NCBI GenBank assembly: GCA_943704425.1 | Contig: CALSCP010001493.1 | Location: 1-64,000 of the forward strand | Source of the DNA: Ministeria vibrans ATCC 50519 | Lineage: Eukaryota > Protista > Filasterea | DNA: 64,000 bases | Direction: 5' to 3' | In this document: positions 1 through 12,546 of the stretch, one piece after another | How the letters are laid out: each line of letters opens with the position of its first letter | Position numbering within the stretch: the first letter of the stretch is position 1 | Notes under the pieces: model-generated | Databases searched by the model: none | What the model was told of the DNA's origin: nothing | What the model saw: the letters and a program-made list of their open reading frames with translations, nothing else | Program-made: the position numbers and the translations under genes

Positions 1-78
<78 letters not shown>
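1..78. repeat. (AAT)n microsatellite, intronic
   Basis: Pure AAT run downstream of the aminopeptidase donor site at 101. Confidence 0.95.
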
Positions 79-101
79 TGCAGCTCGCTCTTGAAATGTA
101 C

Positions 102-590
102 CTTCGACAAACTCGAATTCGCCAATGACAAAGGCGAGGAGGTAAGTTGACATCTTCGGGGTGGTCGCGTAGGTGATCTCGCGATGGGTGTCGTCGAGGG
201 ACTTCTCGTTGACAATGTGCGTGTTGGAGAGCGCGACACGGTTGTGCGGCACGACAAGGGTCACGTCAAAGGAAGCCTTGAGTGCCGGCTCGTCAAAGCA
301 CGGGAAGCACCGACGCGCATCCGTCGCTTCAAACTGCGTCACGGCCATGTATCGCTGCTCGCCGCTTCCGTCGGGCGCCGTGTACTTGCTGCGATAGAAG
401 CCCGCCATCTTGTCGTTGAGTGTGCCAGTAAACTTGATCTGCAACGATCCTTGCGAGGCTGCCGGCAGCGCCTTGCTCAGTCGCAACTCAACCTGACCAC
501 TCTTCTCGTCAAATTTCTGACTCGTGCACACAATCAGCGAGTTGGAGTCGTGCAGACGCACCATTACACTCTGAGACAGAGAATAATAAA

Positions 591-624
<34 letters not shown>

Positions 625-809
625 GATATTAGTACGTCTGAGTAGTCCGATGACAACGCGACCTCTCTCGCACACCGCATCACATACCTTGATGTCAACA
701 TCGAGAGCATGCATGCAAATTGTCTGCGTCTCTTCAGAAATGGCGATCCTAAAGCAAAGGAAAGTTCACGAACATACAATGAAAGTCGAAAACAAAGAAA
801 AAAAAAACG

Positions 810-845
<36 letters not shown>

Positions 846-1023
846 TGCGTACGTGATATCGACGGTTCCTTCAAAGGTACATGCGACCAGATCGGGTTTG
901 AGGCGGAGGACATAGTGGCTCGGCGTGACCGACGAAGGGAGAGTGTCTCTAACGGAAGTTTGGCGTTAGAAGGATATCTTCGCTCCTCTCTCTCTCTCTC
1001 TCTTGTTTCTCGCACCTGGACAT
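102..1023 (-). CDS. NPEPPS: M1 family (puromycin-sensitive-like) aminopeptidase, N-terminal exons; gene continues off the left edge
   Basis: Manual splicing gives MSRDTLPSSVTPSHYVLRLKPDLVACTFEGTVDI...FTGTLNDKMAGFYRSKY...MAVTQFEATDARRCFPCFDEPALKASFDVTL...TTPKMSTYLLAFVIGEFEFVE. These are the hallmark M1 N-terminal motifs. Confidence 0.9.
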
Positions 1024-1203
1024 GTTGAAGAGCCAATGGAATAGATGAGTCTTGTTCTCGTTTGCACTTCAAAAGAAATATAATATTATAATATTGAGAA
1101 AATAGAAAATTGAGACTGCAGAATATTCCTGATCAAGGTTGAGTGGAAATGATTCGCAAATGTGAAGGTCACAATTCACAATTTCACATTCTTGTTGTTT
1201 TAC

Positions 1204-3791
1204 ATGCCGGATAAGAAGAGAAAGCGCGCGGGAGCATCGCCGGCCACCAAGTCGCCAAGAGGCGGCAGAGTGAAGAAGGATTCGGCCAAGGGCAAATCGC
1301 CGGTAAAAAAGCCTTCACGTGGAGACGACATCTCTCTGTCTAGTGCATTCCATACGGCCCGCACATGACGCTGCTTCTCTTTGTGTATTGTGTGTGTTGT
1401 CGATCTGCCCGCGTGTCTTATTTGACTATTTCTTGGATTCGACAAACATGCTGCCTTCCTTACTCTCTCTCTCTCGCTTGCTCTCAGAAAAAGAGCAGCC
1501 CTGCAGTGCGGCGAGCTCCGTCCGCTCGAGGGACGCCGTCGAAGCGTAGCCGTAAGGACGAGGAGGACGGGGACGATGAGGAAGACGAGGACGTACGATG
1601 CACGAGATGAGCTGTGACTTTTGATGGGTGCTGACTGACACTCTCTGTCTCGCCGTTAGATTGACTCGGACGATGCCTTTGACGACAAGGACTACGAAAA
1701 GTACGGAGCTATCAGTGACAAGCGCAAGGGAGCGCAGAAGACGAGTAGAAGGAAAGAGACGGAGGAAGAGGACGAAGAAGACGATGGCGAATACATGGAC
1801 TTGTCGGACATGCTGGGCACTGCGACCGCGACCGCACAGTTGACAGCGTCCACCAAAGGCTCGAACCACGACGAGGGAATGCCCATGTTTTCATCGGATG
1901 ATGATGATGATGACGACGACGACGACGACATTGAAGACGATGCCGAGTACGCCTACAAGGCGAGTGCCAAGGCGGCCGACACAGCCGACGAGGAGGCACG
2001 CCACGCGGAGATGCTGACAAAGCTGGGGGCACCGCCGGTGAAACGACGAAGACGCGACCGCAACGAGACACAGCAAGAGTCGGAGTTTGCAGCACACGCC
2101 CACCAGGCACTGGTGAGTCTCGAGGATCTCGTCACACCACTCGCTTCCAAGGCAGCCCAAGGGGCGCGCAAAGACCTCATCAAGTTGGTCGGAGGACGTC
2201 GTGACAGCAAGGCCAAAGAGCTCACGGAGGCTTCTTCGGCAAGTGTGCTTCCGGTGGCGCCCTCGCGACCCGTAGTGGAGCGACTGTCGCGCTCGGCGGC
2301 GTACACCGAGACAAGCAAAGACATCAGCAAATGGTTGCCGGTCGTAAAGCAGAATCGCGAGGCGGAGCACTTGTCGTTTCCCTTGAACGAGCCCACACAC
2401 GCGCCTGCCGTGTCCGTGTCGACACTCACGACGAGCTTTGAGCCGGAGACAGAGATGGAGCATCGGATGCACGAGGTGCTGGGGAGCGCGTCGGGACTGG
2501 CGGGACTGGAGGAGGCGATTGCCAAGGAGGAGGCGCATGCAATGAAGCAGCAGGTGGGACCGACGGCGGGCAAGGAACGCGTGGCAGAGATGCGTCGCAT
2601 GCGAATGCTGCTGTCCTTCTACGAGGCCAAGTGTCGACGACTAAAGAAGATCAAGAGCAAGAAGTACCATCGCGTGTTGAAGCGACAGGCAGCGCGCAAG
2701 CGCGAAATGACAGTAGACGAATTGCGCGAGTTGGACCCGACAGCGGCCGATGCGCGCTCGGAGAAGATGGAAAAGAACCGTGCCGAGGCGCGAATGAAGT
2801 TGCGTCACAAACACTCTGGAAAGTGGGCGCAGCGAGTTTTGTCGCGCGGGCAGATGGACGGTGAGACACTGTCGGCGCTGCAGCAGGAGCGCGAGAAGAA
2901 GCGAGACTTGCTGCACAAGCCGAAAGGGTTGGGGGATGCGACGGACAGCGAAGGAGACGACGAGTCGGACAGCGACGGCGACGACGGTTTTGACGACGAC
3001 GACGAGGGTGCGCATGGGATGGGAGAGGAAGGGGAGGAGGGAGGTGATGACGACGACGACGACGATGATGGGGAGAGTGTCGATGGCGAAGAGTTGGATC
3101 GACTTGGTGAGGGCCTTGAGAGCATTGAGGCGCCCAAAACGGGTCTGTTTGCGCTCAAATTTATGCAGAAGGCGTTGGACAAGAACCGACAGTCGGCGAA
3201 GAATATGCTGAGTGAATTGCGGGAGGAGATGGGGCGCGAAGACGCGGAAGGGGAGGACAAGAAGAAGCAGAAGGGAGGTGGAGATGAGGAGACGGAGGTG
3301 GGACGGAGAAGGTTTGGAGGTGGGCAGAAGAAGCGCAACTTGGAGGCGGAGGATGAAGAGGAGGCGAAGAGGAGGAGGCAGGAGGAAGAGGAAAGCATGG
3401 AGGAGGAGGACGACGACGAAGACGGGCAGGGATTGGAAGGAGTGAGTGAGCGGGAGCGACAGAGGTCGTTACGCGAGCGAACGACGCGCGTGTCGGGACC
3501 CATTGAGGTGGAAGGGGCTGTGCGGGCGCCATTTCATGTGGATACATTTGAGACGACGACATCGAAGCAAGAGAAACAAGCTGTGGAAGAAGAGGCGGAT
3601 GAGGAGTCTTCATCGTCGTCGGAGGAGGAGGATGAAGAGGGCGGAGAAGGAGAAAACCCGTGGATGTCGGGAAGTGGGGGAGGGGGTAAAGGCGCGAATT
3701 TGGTGGTGAAGAGCAAGAAGGTGTCGACACGGGCGCAGGTGCGCATGGCCAAGATTGCAGGGGAGACAGGTCGCACACGGCGTGGGGTTGG

Positions 3792-3823
<32 letters not shown>

Positions 3824-4536
3824 ATGCGGCAGTGGGGGCGAATGATGTGAATGTGGATCTGAATTTGGTTGTGACAGCCAAGAGTTCCAAGGAGGGCGTG
3901 ACCGTCTCGTCGGCTGCTGCTGCACTGGTGGGTGCAAAGGCAGCGAATGGCAAGGGGAATGAGAGCGATGAGGAGGATGATGATGATGATGAGGAGGAGG
4001 ATGGGAGTGGCGGCATGGCTGTGTCCAAGGAACAGCGTCGACTGGTTGCCGCTGCGTTTGCCGGTGACGACGTGGTGCAGGAGTTTGAGGCGCAGAAGGC
4101 AACTGAGGTGGACGCGACGGCGGGTGGCAAGGCCAAAGACGTGACATTGCCGGGATGGGGTGCGTGGGGTGGTGCGGGTGTGGCTAATCCGTTCCCCAAG
4201 CGACGGGTGGTCGTCAAGGCGGCACAGACGGGTGTTGCCGCAAGCGATCGCAAGGACGCCAAGTTGCGCCATGTCATTATCAGCGAGAAGAAGGATCGTA
4301 AGGCGTCGCAGCTGACCGTGGCGTCGCTTCCGCATCCGTTCACATCTGTGGAACAGTTCGAGCGGAGTCTGGCGCACCCGTTGGGCCCGGAATGGAACCC
4401 CCAGCAGACGTTTAAGGCAGCGATTCAGCCGCGCATCTCGGTCAAGACGGGTGCCATTGTGAAGCCGATGCGCAAGACGAAGGAAGTAATCAAGCGAAAG
4501 CAGGCGATTGTGGCAGGGACTGCCAAGGCTTTGTAG
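1204..4536 (+). CDS. UTP14: U3 snoRNP / SSU processome protein Utp14
   Basis: Upstream exons give MPDKKRKR...IDSDDAFDDKDYEKYG. The 913-aa ORF has KCRRLKKIKSKKYHR, RAEARMKLRHKHSGKWA, LPGWGAWGG and LPHPFTSVEQFERSLAHPLGPEWN. Confidence 0.95.
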
Positions 4537-4759
4537 AGAGAAAGAGAGCGAGAGAGAAAGCGAGAGAGCGAGAGAGAGAGCGAGAGAGCGAGAGAAAGAC
4601 AGAGAAACAGGTAGAGAGGAGGAGAATAGAGAATAATACACTCCCCCCCCCTCAATATCCTTATAAAGTATGATATGAAGAATGATGAATGAATATTGAA
4701 TGAATTTATTTATTCTTTCTTTTACTCAATTCTTATTTTGACACATACACAAATTCATC

Positions 4760-5149
4760 ATGGGAAACGAAATGGCCAAAAGTGCTAAGGTGTTTATGGA
4801 TTCGGAGGCGGCGGACGAACACGGAATCAGCAGAAAACAGGTGAGGTTCACATCTGCCGACCGTTTGCCGACTCTCCTCGCTTAGGTGACGGCTATTCGG
4901 CACGTCTTTGACGAATATGCTCGAAAGCAAAAGCCCAGAGACATGTTGAACCGCGAAGAGTTTGGACAGGCGTTGCAGGAGGTGAGAGGGTTTGGAGACA
5001 AAAAAACGAATTGGTCGTAACTTCTCTGTCCGCTCTCTCCGCTCTCTTTCCTCTTGTGTGTGTGTAGGTGGGAGTCTCAGACCAGTCTCTGGAGGTTCTC
5101 CAGCGTTTGTTTAACGGGTTTGATCGAGACGGCAATGGGTTGATTAATG
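4760..5149 (+). CDS. N-myristoylation-type EF-hand Ca-binding protein (NCS/calcineurin-B-like), 3' truncated
   Basis: Three exons: MGNEMAKS...|VTAIRHVFDEYA...LNREEFGQALQE|VGVSDQSLEVLQRLFNGFDRDGNGLIN. No continuing exon after the (GA)n tract. Confidence 0.7.
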
Positions 5150-5150
5150 G

Positions 5151-5251
<101 letters not shown>

Positions 5252-5427
5252 AAGGAGGGAGAAAAAAAACGTGATAGAGATGTAGAAAACAAGAAAAAGA
5301 GGTAGAAAACAAAGAAAAAAGTGATCAGGAGGGAGAAGGGAGAAAAAAAAACACAAAAAGGAATGGAGAAAAATAGATAGGAGGAGTGTGTGTGTGTGTG
5401 TGTGTTCGTGCGCAGGTGTATGTGTAC

Positions 5428-8400
5428 CGTTGAGTGCCTCGTCGATGGACACTGCAAAATTCTCTCCTTCAACAATCTCCTCAATGATCTCCTGCTTGAC
5501 ATTCTGCTCGTGTGGCGACAGCTGCGTCTGCATCCACTCAATCTGCATCCCTCGCTCGTCAAAACACCGATAGAGTGCCTCCACTGAGTACTCCGACGCC
5601 TTCACATGTTTCGTAGATTCCTGCAATCCAATACAATAGACACTATCAGCACAGTCACACACATACACACACACACCAACACACACACACAAATGCACTA
5701 CTAAGAAACAGATTATCCTTACAGAAAAGTCAACCGAGACACGTCGCTTGGGCTTTCGCGGTGGATTGTCCACGCGGAACACAGCCGCATCCAAAGCCTA
5801 AACGAACAAACAGGAGCAGATACACACACACACAATGAGTACAGACACGGCAGAAAAAATGAGAAAAACGTACAATGACAATGTCAAGAATTTCCTGACG
5901 GGTAATCTTGGGGGAGACGGAGACACGCAGGGCATTGTAACCGAGTGTGTCATCAATGGCAAGGCCTGTGAAGGAGCGAGGCGGGGGAGGCGCACACACG
6001 TGCAGCTGCAGTCGCGGTGCATTGTCGACAATCGCGTCGGCGGTGTACTGGGCACCCTGGAAGGAGAAGCACGAGAAGCCGGAGACGCGACTGGCAAAGT
6101 CGATGTGGCCATGAAACACCACGTTGGGCACATCGTGCTTGAGCTTGCTCTCAAACAACTCCATGCGCTCCGCCAAAATCAGAGAAGTCTCCATCAAGTT
6201 CTCACGCATGTCCTCACACGCGCGCGCCGAGCCCACTAGAGCCGCGCCGTCGCGGCAGTGTGGGACATCACCGAGGCACGCCGGTCCATTGGGCGTCTGC
6301 GCCATGGTCACCTGGGGCGGGCCGTAGATGCGCCCCACCGAGAAGACAGAGACGTCGGCACCAAGGTCGCCGGGAGTCACACGCATGCGCCCAATGCCTG
6401 CATCCAGATTGCAAAAGACGCACGCGGCGGGTGCCTTGGTGCGCACAGCAGACGCCAGCTCATCCACACGCAATCGCAAACCCGTGTAGGCACAGGCAAA
6501 GGAAATACATGCCAGGACTGTGTCCTCAGTGCACGCCCGACCAAACGCCTCCGGCTCAACTGTACCGTTCTCCTGAAAGTCCACAATGGTCATGTCAATC
6601 TGTCCACCCACTTCACGCGCCTCCAATGCACTCAAAATCTGGTCACACTCGGCGCCTGTTGCCAGCACATGGGGAAGGGCGCCCGAACGACCACCGCCAC
6701 GTTTCTTCCACTGTGCGATTGCATGAACGAGGGCACCCTTGAGCACATCGCCAATCGACGTCGACACCGTTAAAGTGTCCGGCTCGCAACGAAGCAAGCG
6801 GGACGCCTCGTCAATCGCCTCCTCGAGCGCCGACTCTTCGGTACAGTCAAGGTCGCCCGACTTGTACGAATTGACTGCCTCCAGGGCAGAGGGCACCAAG
6901 TCGGGACGCTCCATGTAGTCGCAATTAATAACCTTGACACGCTGCTCGCTTGCCGGCACAGCCGAGGTGTCGGCCACGGGTGTGTACGCGGATTTGGTGG
7001 GTACCGGCATGACAAATGGCGATTTGGCAAAGGACAGCGCTGCAACGCTCTGGTCGCCGTCGGCCATCATCATCATGGCGGCCAGGTCGTCTTCTTCATC
7101 TTCAGCGGCGGCGGCGACTGGCTGCTCAAAGGAACGTGGTCGTCGCGACTGTGCTCGCCGACGCTCCTTTTCCTCCTCCTCCTCACGCTCCTTCTTTAGT
7201 CGTTCCATTTCGCGTGCACGCTCCTCTGCTTCGCGGTCAACACGTACAACCGGACGCAACAGACTCATCGACAGGCTCGGCTCGGAGCCAGCGCGAGCCA
7301 TCGGCGACGGTGGTCCCTTGCCATCATTATCCTTCTTCTGCTGTGTCTTTGCCTCGCGTTGCTTTTCCTCGCGTTCACGCTGCTCTTGTTGCTCACGTTC
7401 GCGTTCCTTCTCCTGCTCGCGCTGGCGTGTTTCACGCTCGCGAGAAGCGTTGCTATCACTAATGGTGTCGTTGTTAGATTGACTCTGAGATACGTTGGTG
7501 GGGTGAAGCGAATAGAGACTCGCGCCGGGCGCAGTCAAAATGCTAGCCATGCTTGTATCACAGCTGTCTGGCTCGGTCTGGAGCTGAGCGTCGCTACGCT
7601 TGCGTCGCCCAAACAGGTCAGGAATGGGTTCGACAATAGCGACATTGAGCTCGGAGTCGTCGACAAATGACGTGGAGCCGTAGAGCGAACCAGGACGACC
7701 CTGCGAAGTCTTGTTTGGAGACTTACTGTCCTTTTGCCACGGTTGCTTGGACAGACGCTGGGCATTGGCCAGCGATGTATCCTCAGCGGACGAGGTGCGA
7801 CGCGACTTGGGCTGCTCAACATAGTCCCACTCGCCCACGCGCCCAAAGCGCTCACGTTCTGACGAGGTGTCGTTGTCTTCCACCACGTTAGGAGAACGAC
7901 CCACCGTGCGCGTCGAGGGAGCAAGAGAAGTCCAGCTTGTCTCGACGGCCGGTGTGCCTGGCGTGACTTCGTCGGCGACAGAAGGGACACGGGGAATAGA
8001 TTCTTTTGAACTGGTGGCGCGGAAGGAAGGAGGACGAGTGCGACGGGCCGAGGTACTGCTCTCGGTTGACGGTGTTGTTTCGGTGGGAAGCCGTGCTTTT
8101 GGGTTGAAACCGGGTGGGCGCTGCTGGAGTGAAGAGCGACGACGTACAATCTTGCCAAAGGGTGTAGTGGCGCCTTCGACAAGAAATTCGGTGCGCAATG
8201 CCTCCTGATCGTCGACCACACCTCGAGGTGCGTTGTCAACAGCGGGAGAGGAAGGTGGAGGAGCAGACGACGTGAAGACGGCAGCGGGAAGGTCGGGTGT
8301 TTTTGGGACAGAGTCTTCGACAAGGGACGAGAGTCGCGACCCGGAAGGCTGTCTCTGTGGCTGGGGCGGAGGAGGCTGCTGTTGTTGTTGCTTTTGGTGT

Positions 8401-9336
8401 GGTTGTGATCGAGTGGATGGGGGCGAAGTGGGTTGTGGGTGGGGCGAGGGCAATGTGGCTGGAATGCCACGGAAGAGATTGCCACGGGCAACGGACGTGC
8501 CCATTTTGGCGGCAGCCGGAGCATCGGTAGGTAGCACGGCGCGACCGGTGTCGTCTGTCTCGACACCTTCTTGCTTGATCCAGGACGCTGCACCTCGCTT
8601 GGTCTTTTTCATGACGCCACCAAATGGATTGATTTTAACAGGCCCGACTGGGCGGTCGGCGCGTGCCTCGCTGCTTGAGGGCTCGGGGACAGCAGCAGTA
8701 GCAGTGGTGGGGGCGGCGGCGGAGGAGGAGGAAGAGGCGACAGCGGACGGGAGAGCCGAGGGAAGACCTGCAGGATGGGAAGGGATCGTGAAAGAGCCGG
8801 GCCGGGTTTGTTGTGGCTGGCGCAAAGGCACTTCTGAGCGATTTCTGTCGGACGTTGACGAGTTTGAGAGGGTACGTCGAGCGGGCTCGGGCGACGCCCC
8901 TGGCGCATGGGACGAACCAAAGGAGCGACGTGCGCCCAGGGGTTCGCGCTGAGCAGGTGTCGGTTCGGGAGGCGGAACATGACCGCTGACATCGCTAGGA
9001 GGCACTGTAATGCCTGATTTCCATCGCTTCTTGTGCTGTTCGTGACCAAAGCCCTCGCTACACACAGAGAGTATAAAGGTGAGAACTTGAGTTTGTATAC
9101 TGAACCAGTGTGCACACTTACGCGTAGTTGCCTTTGATCTACAGAGGCAAGAAGAGCAAAGAGCATGAGAGGGTGAGTATACAGGGGGGCTGTGTGGGGG
9201 GGAAGGGGGCGATTCGCACCTGGAAGAGTCGCTTGAAGTGCGGCTTGCAGAAGTACTCGCCATCGAGCGACGCGTACGTCCCCAGGTTGAGCAGCGAGTT
9301 GCATTCACGACAGCGGAAGCATGTCCGATGGAAGAG
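5428..9336 (-). CDS. LIM-domain (LIMD2/EPLIN-type) protein with long disordered linker and C-terminal degenerate NifS/selenocysteine-lyase-like domain; both ends incomplete
   Basis: Spliced N-terminal exons read [39 protein letters not shown]|IKGNY|[12 protein letters not shown]. Region ~6940-5873 aligns by eye to the IscS/SCLY fold (INCDY..., [59 protein letters not shown]). Confidence 0.8.
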
Positions 9337-9843
9337 CTGCAGCGGGGAGAGAGAGGGAGAGAGAGGAGGGGGGGTGAGCAGCGGAGCAGTGGGCTGATCA
9401 AACGCTTTTGTAATGTCGACAAATGTCGCGAGATCTCAATGTGCGTCAGGAGCGAGACCAGGAGGATACGGCCAGCACCAATGGGTTTGGGAGTGGAGTG
9501 GGAGGATCACCGCGTCGCGCGCCGGCAGCGAGGCGGGGCGAGAGGGGCTGGCGGCGCGCAAGATAAAGATAGAGGCAGAGGCGAACAGGATCAAAAAGAG
9601 AGACGAGCGGGCGCGATTGCGACGCGCACCAGGGGGCATGCTGCTTGGGTAAGGGATGCAGGCACTTTGGGTCCCTCGGCGGGCCGAAATAGCTCAAAAT
9701 GTTGGCTCGCGACAAAAAAAGCGAACCAGCAAAAAAAAAAAAAAAAAAAAAAAAACCTCTGTGTGTCATTATTTGCGGAACAAGAGAGCGGAAGCGACTT
9801 TGAAAGCACGACTAACTAATGCCCGTGTTCATCTTCCATCCAG

Positions 9844-10263
9844 GTGGTTATCCGCCGCAGCAGGGAGGGTACGCACTTTGTCATATCGGGTCGAATTGTC
9901 TTTTTTTTTTCCTTGTTCATCAACTCCTCCTTAGATACCCTCCTCCGCAAGGCTACCAGCAGGGCTACCCGGCACAGCAGGGCGGGTACCCGGCCCCTGG
10001 AGGCTACCAGCAGCAGGGCGGGTACCAGCAGGTGCCGCAGCAGGGCTACTACGTGCAGCAGCCGCAGAGGACGACGGTCATAGTGCGCGACGACGCTGCC
10101 GCCGCACGCGCACGCCAGCAGCAGGCTGAGGACGACTGTTGCCTCTACACCTGCTGTCTCGCCTGGCTCTGCATTTGCTGTTCCGGTACCGCCAAAAAAA
10201 GAGACAGAGTGTGTGTGTGAGAGAGACAGACAGATTGACCTCTGACCTGTTGCAGTGCGATGA
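9844..10263 (+). CDS. CYSTM-type Gln/Pro/Tyr-rich protein with Cys-rich C-terminal membrane anchor, first exon missing
   Basis: GYPPQQGG|YPPPQGYQQGYP...AEDDCCLYTCCLAWLCICCS|VR*. Confidence 0.75.
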
Positions 10264-10422
10264 CCGCCGCCCGCAGACTCTACAGACCCACCACCAGCAA
10301 ACACGCCACTTTTTTCTCCTTTGAGAGTCATTTTAACTCATCCACTCCCTCACTCACATACTCACTCACTCCCGCGTTCACAATACAACGCATTTTTTCT
10401 ACTTTTTCTGTTTACTTCTTCG

Positions 10423-12210
10423 TTACAACTCGTAATCTTCTCTGGCGAGTCGCTTAAATATGAGCGGAAGAAACCTCACGCGTCCGTCAGTCCAACCCTG
10501 CGCAAGAGGATAAGACATAGAGAAAAAGAAGAAGAAAATTGACATACGACAGTGAGAAGAGCGCCCGAGTCAAAGGAAGGCCAAAAGGAGACATCTTCAG
10601 CACAGCCGGAAGAGTGAGACGACGCCACAAGACCACTGCAAGAAATAGGGAGAGGGAGAGACAAAGAAACAGACAGAGAGAGAAAGAGAAGAAGGAGAGT
10701 AAGACACACACACACACACACACACAGACACATATATAGAAAGACGCCAGTTGGTACATGAGAGAGAGTTCGATGTACGGACGCAGACGGACACGGAAGA
10801 GGGCGACCGAGGCTGAGCCCACTCCCCAAAAGGACACGGCGACGCGCTCGCCTGACGGATCCCAATGCACTCCCCGAATAACACCACCAACGATGACACT
10901 CTCGTCGTCGTCGTCGTCGTCGTCATCGTCGTCGTCGTCACTGTGGTGGGTAGCGTCATCACCGTCAGTGCGCTCCTCGAGAATTGTCGGTTGCTCTGCC
11001 TCTTGTGCCATCTGTCGCTGTCGTTGTCCACGTGTCTGTACTGCCCCGCCTCCTATTGATGCTGCTGCAGTCGTGTCGACGCGCAAATGGCGCAGATCGG
11101 CCACGGGCGACGCACGGCCATCCTGCAGCGCATAGAGCACGGTCGAGTCGGCACATGCAAAGAGCAGAGTGCTCCCATCCGCCGACCATGCTGCCGCAAC
11201 AACCGCCTTGGTCGGGCTCGTCCACTGATCACTTGTCCACGTGCGCGTATCCCAGACGTGAAAAAGGTTGCTGGAGCACGCGCAGAACACAGCGCGCCCG
11301 CACGGCGACCAGCGCACGAGTCGTGTGCCGCCGCCCGACAGACGCATAAGTGTGCGGCTCGTCTGCGTGCTCATCTCCCATAGGGTCAGGCCTGGGTAGG
11401 CTGGGTACGCTGTGGCAAGAATGTCGCCTCGTGGGCTCCACGCAAGTGAGCTAGCGAGAACCGGCTCGCCAAGACGCACGTGAGACGGTCGCGCCGCTGT
11501 CGACGACAATGGCACGGTCCAGACGGTCACTCCGTCGGCGCTGGCCACGGCAAGCTCACTGCCCGCAAACGGCCGCCACTGTACGTCAAGGGCACGTCCT
11601 TGACGCGCCACACGCACCGAAGGCGCCACAAGCCGACTTTTACCGCCGGCCTCGATGCGATATAAATGTAAGTAGCCGTCTTCGCTGATGCACGCCAGCA
11701 GGGACGTGTGGGGGTGCCATCGGGCCTGTGTGATCACTGCGTTCGCCGACGATGTCGTCATGTCCTCAACAGTGGGACTCCAGAGAAGGAGCGAGAGTGG
11801 CAGAGGCAGGCGAGTCGCAATGGCGCGTACAACGCCCGCACACGACGCAGCGATTCCGCCAAGACTGTCCAGACGCGCAAGGACTCCCGTCTGCTTCGTG
11901 GTCGTCGCCGTCGCCCTCACCATCGACGTCGAGCAGCCTGAAAAGCCACGCTGCACCTGCACGACCGTCTGGCGCACCTGATCGGCTGTGGTGGGCACCG
12001 AGGAGGTCCAGAGAAAGGGCGGACGGGTTTCGTCGCTGCACGCAACCATTTCGCCGTTCACCTCGCCAAGGGTCGTCTAGTAAGAAGCGAAGGAGGGAAT
12101 ACACAGAGGGGTGTCTTAATGTCACAGGGAGAGAGGGAGGGGGGCGTGCATACGTGTCCGGCGGGCGGAGGGCGCACGCGCATCTGATCGAAAGACACAA
12201 TCCGTGACAT
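10423..12210 (-). CDS. AAAS: Aladin WD40 nucleoporin
   Basis: MSRIVSFDQMRVRPPPAGH|TTLGEVNGEMV, WD40 repeats (WHPH, WRP, WSPRG, WSPCG, WDPSGERVAVSF) and C-terminus FWPSFDSGALLTV|GWTDGRVRFLPLIF, matching Aladin termini. Confidence 0.92.
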
Positions 12211-12546
12211 TTGAAATTATGTTATATTATATGAGTCAGCACGGTGCAACGAGACGTGGAGGGGTGTCTCACGCCAGTCAACGTGGGTGTTGGAGGGGGG
12301 TTGTCGCGATTTAAAAACTTTGCTGTGACTAGTGACTTGTGAGGTGAGACTGAGTTGTGAGTTGTGAGTTGAGGGTGATTGGACGCTGATTCGAACTGAT
12401 CGCACGCTGATCGGCCCGTCTGTCCGTTTGTCTGCATGCATACGTATATGTGCGTCTTGCTGAAAGTCTTGCATGACGAAAAGGTAAAACGAGTTGAGCG
12501 ATCAAGAAAATTGAATTACGTGTTACAATTTAACGTCTTTCTCTTG

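Noticed and set aside
1-78. Telomere at window start
   Set aside because: (AAT)n lies inside an aminopeptidase intron and recurs in other introns (26923, 55875).
1891-4641. Long antisense/overlapping ORFs over UTP14 and other genes
   Set aside because: Shadow frames of GC-rich, low-complexity coding DNA with no motifs.
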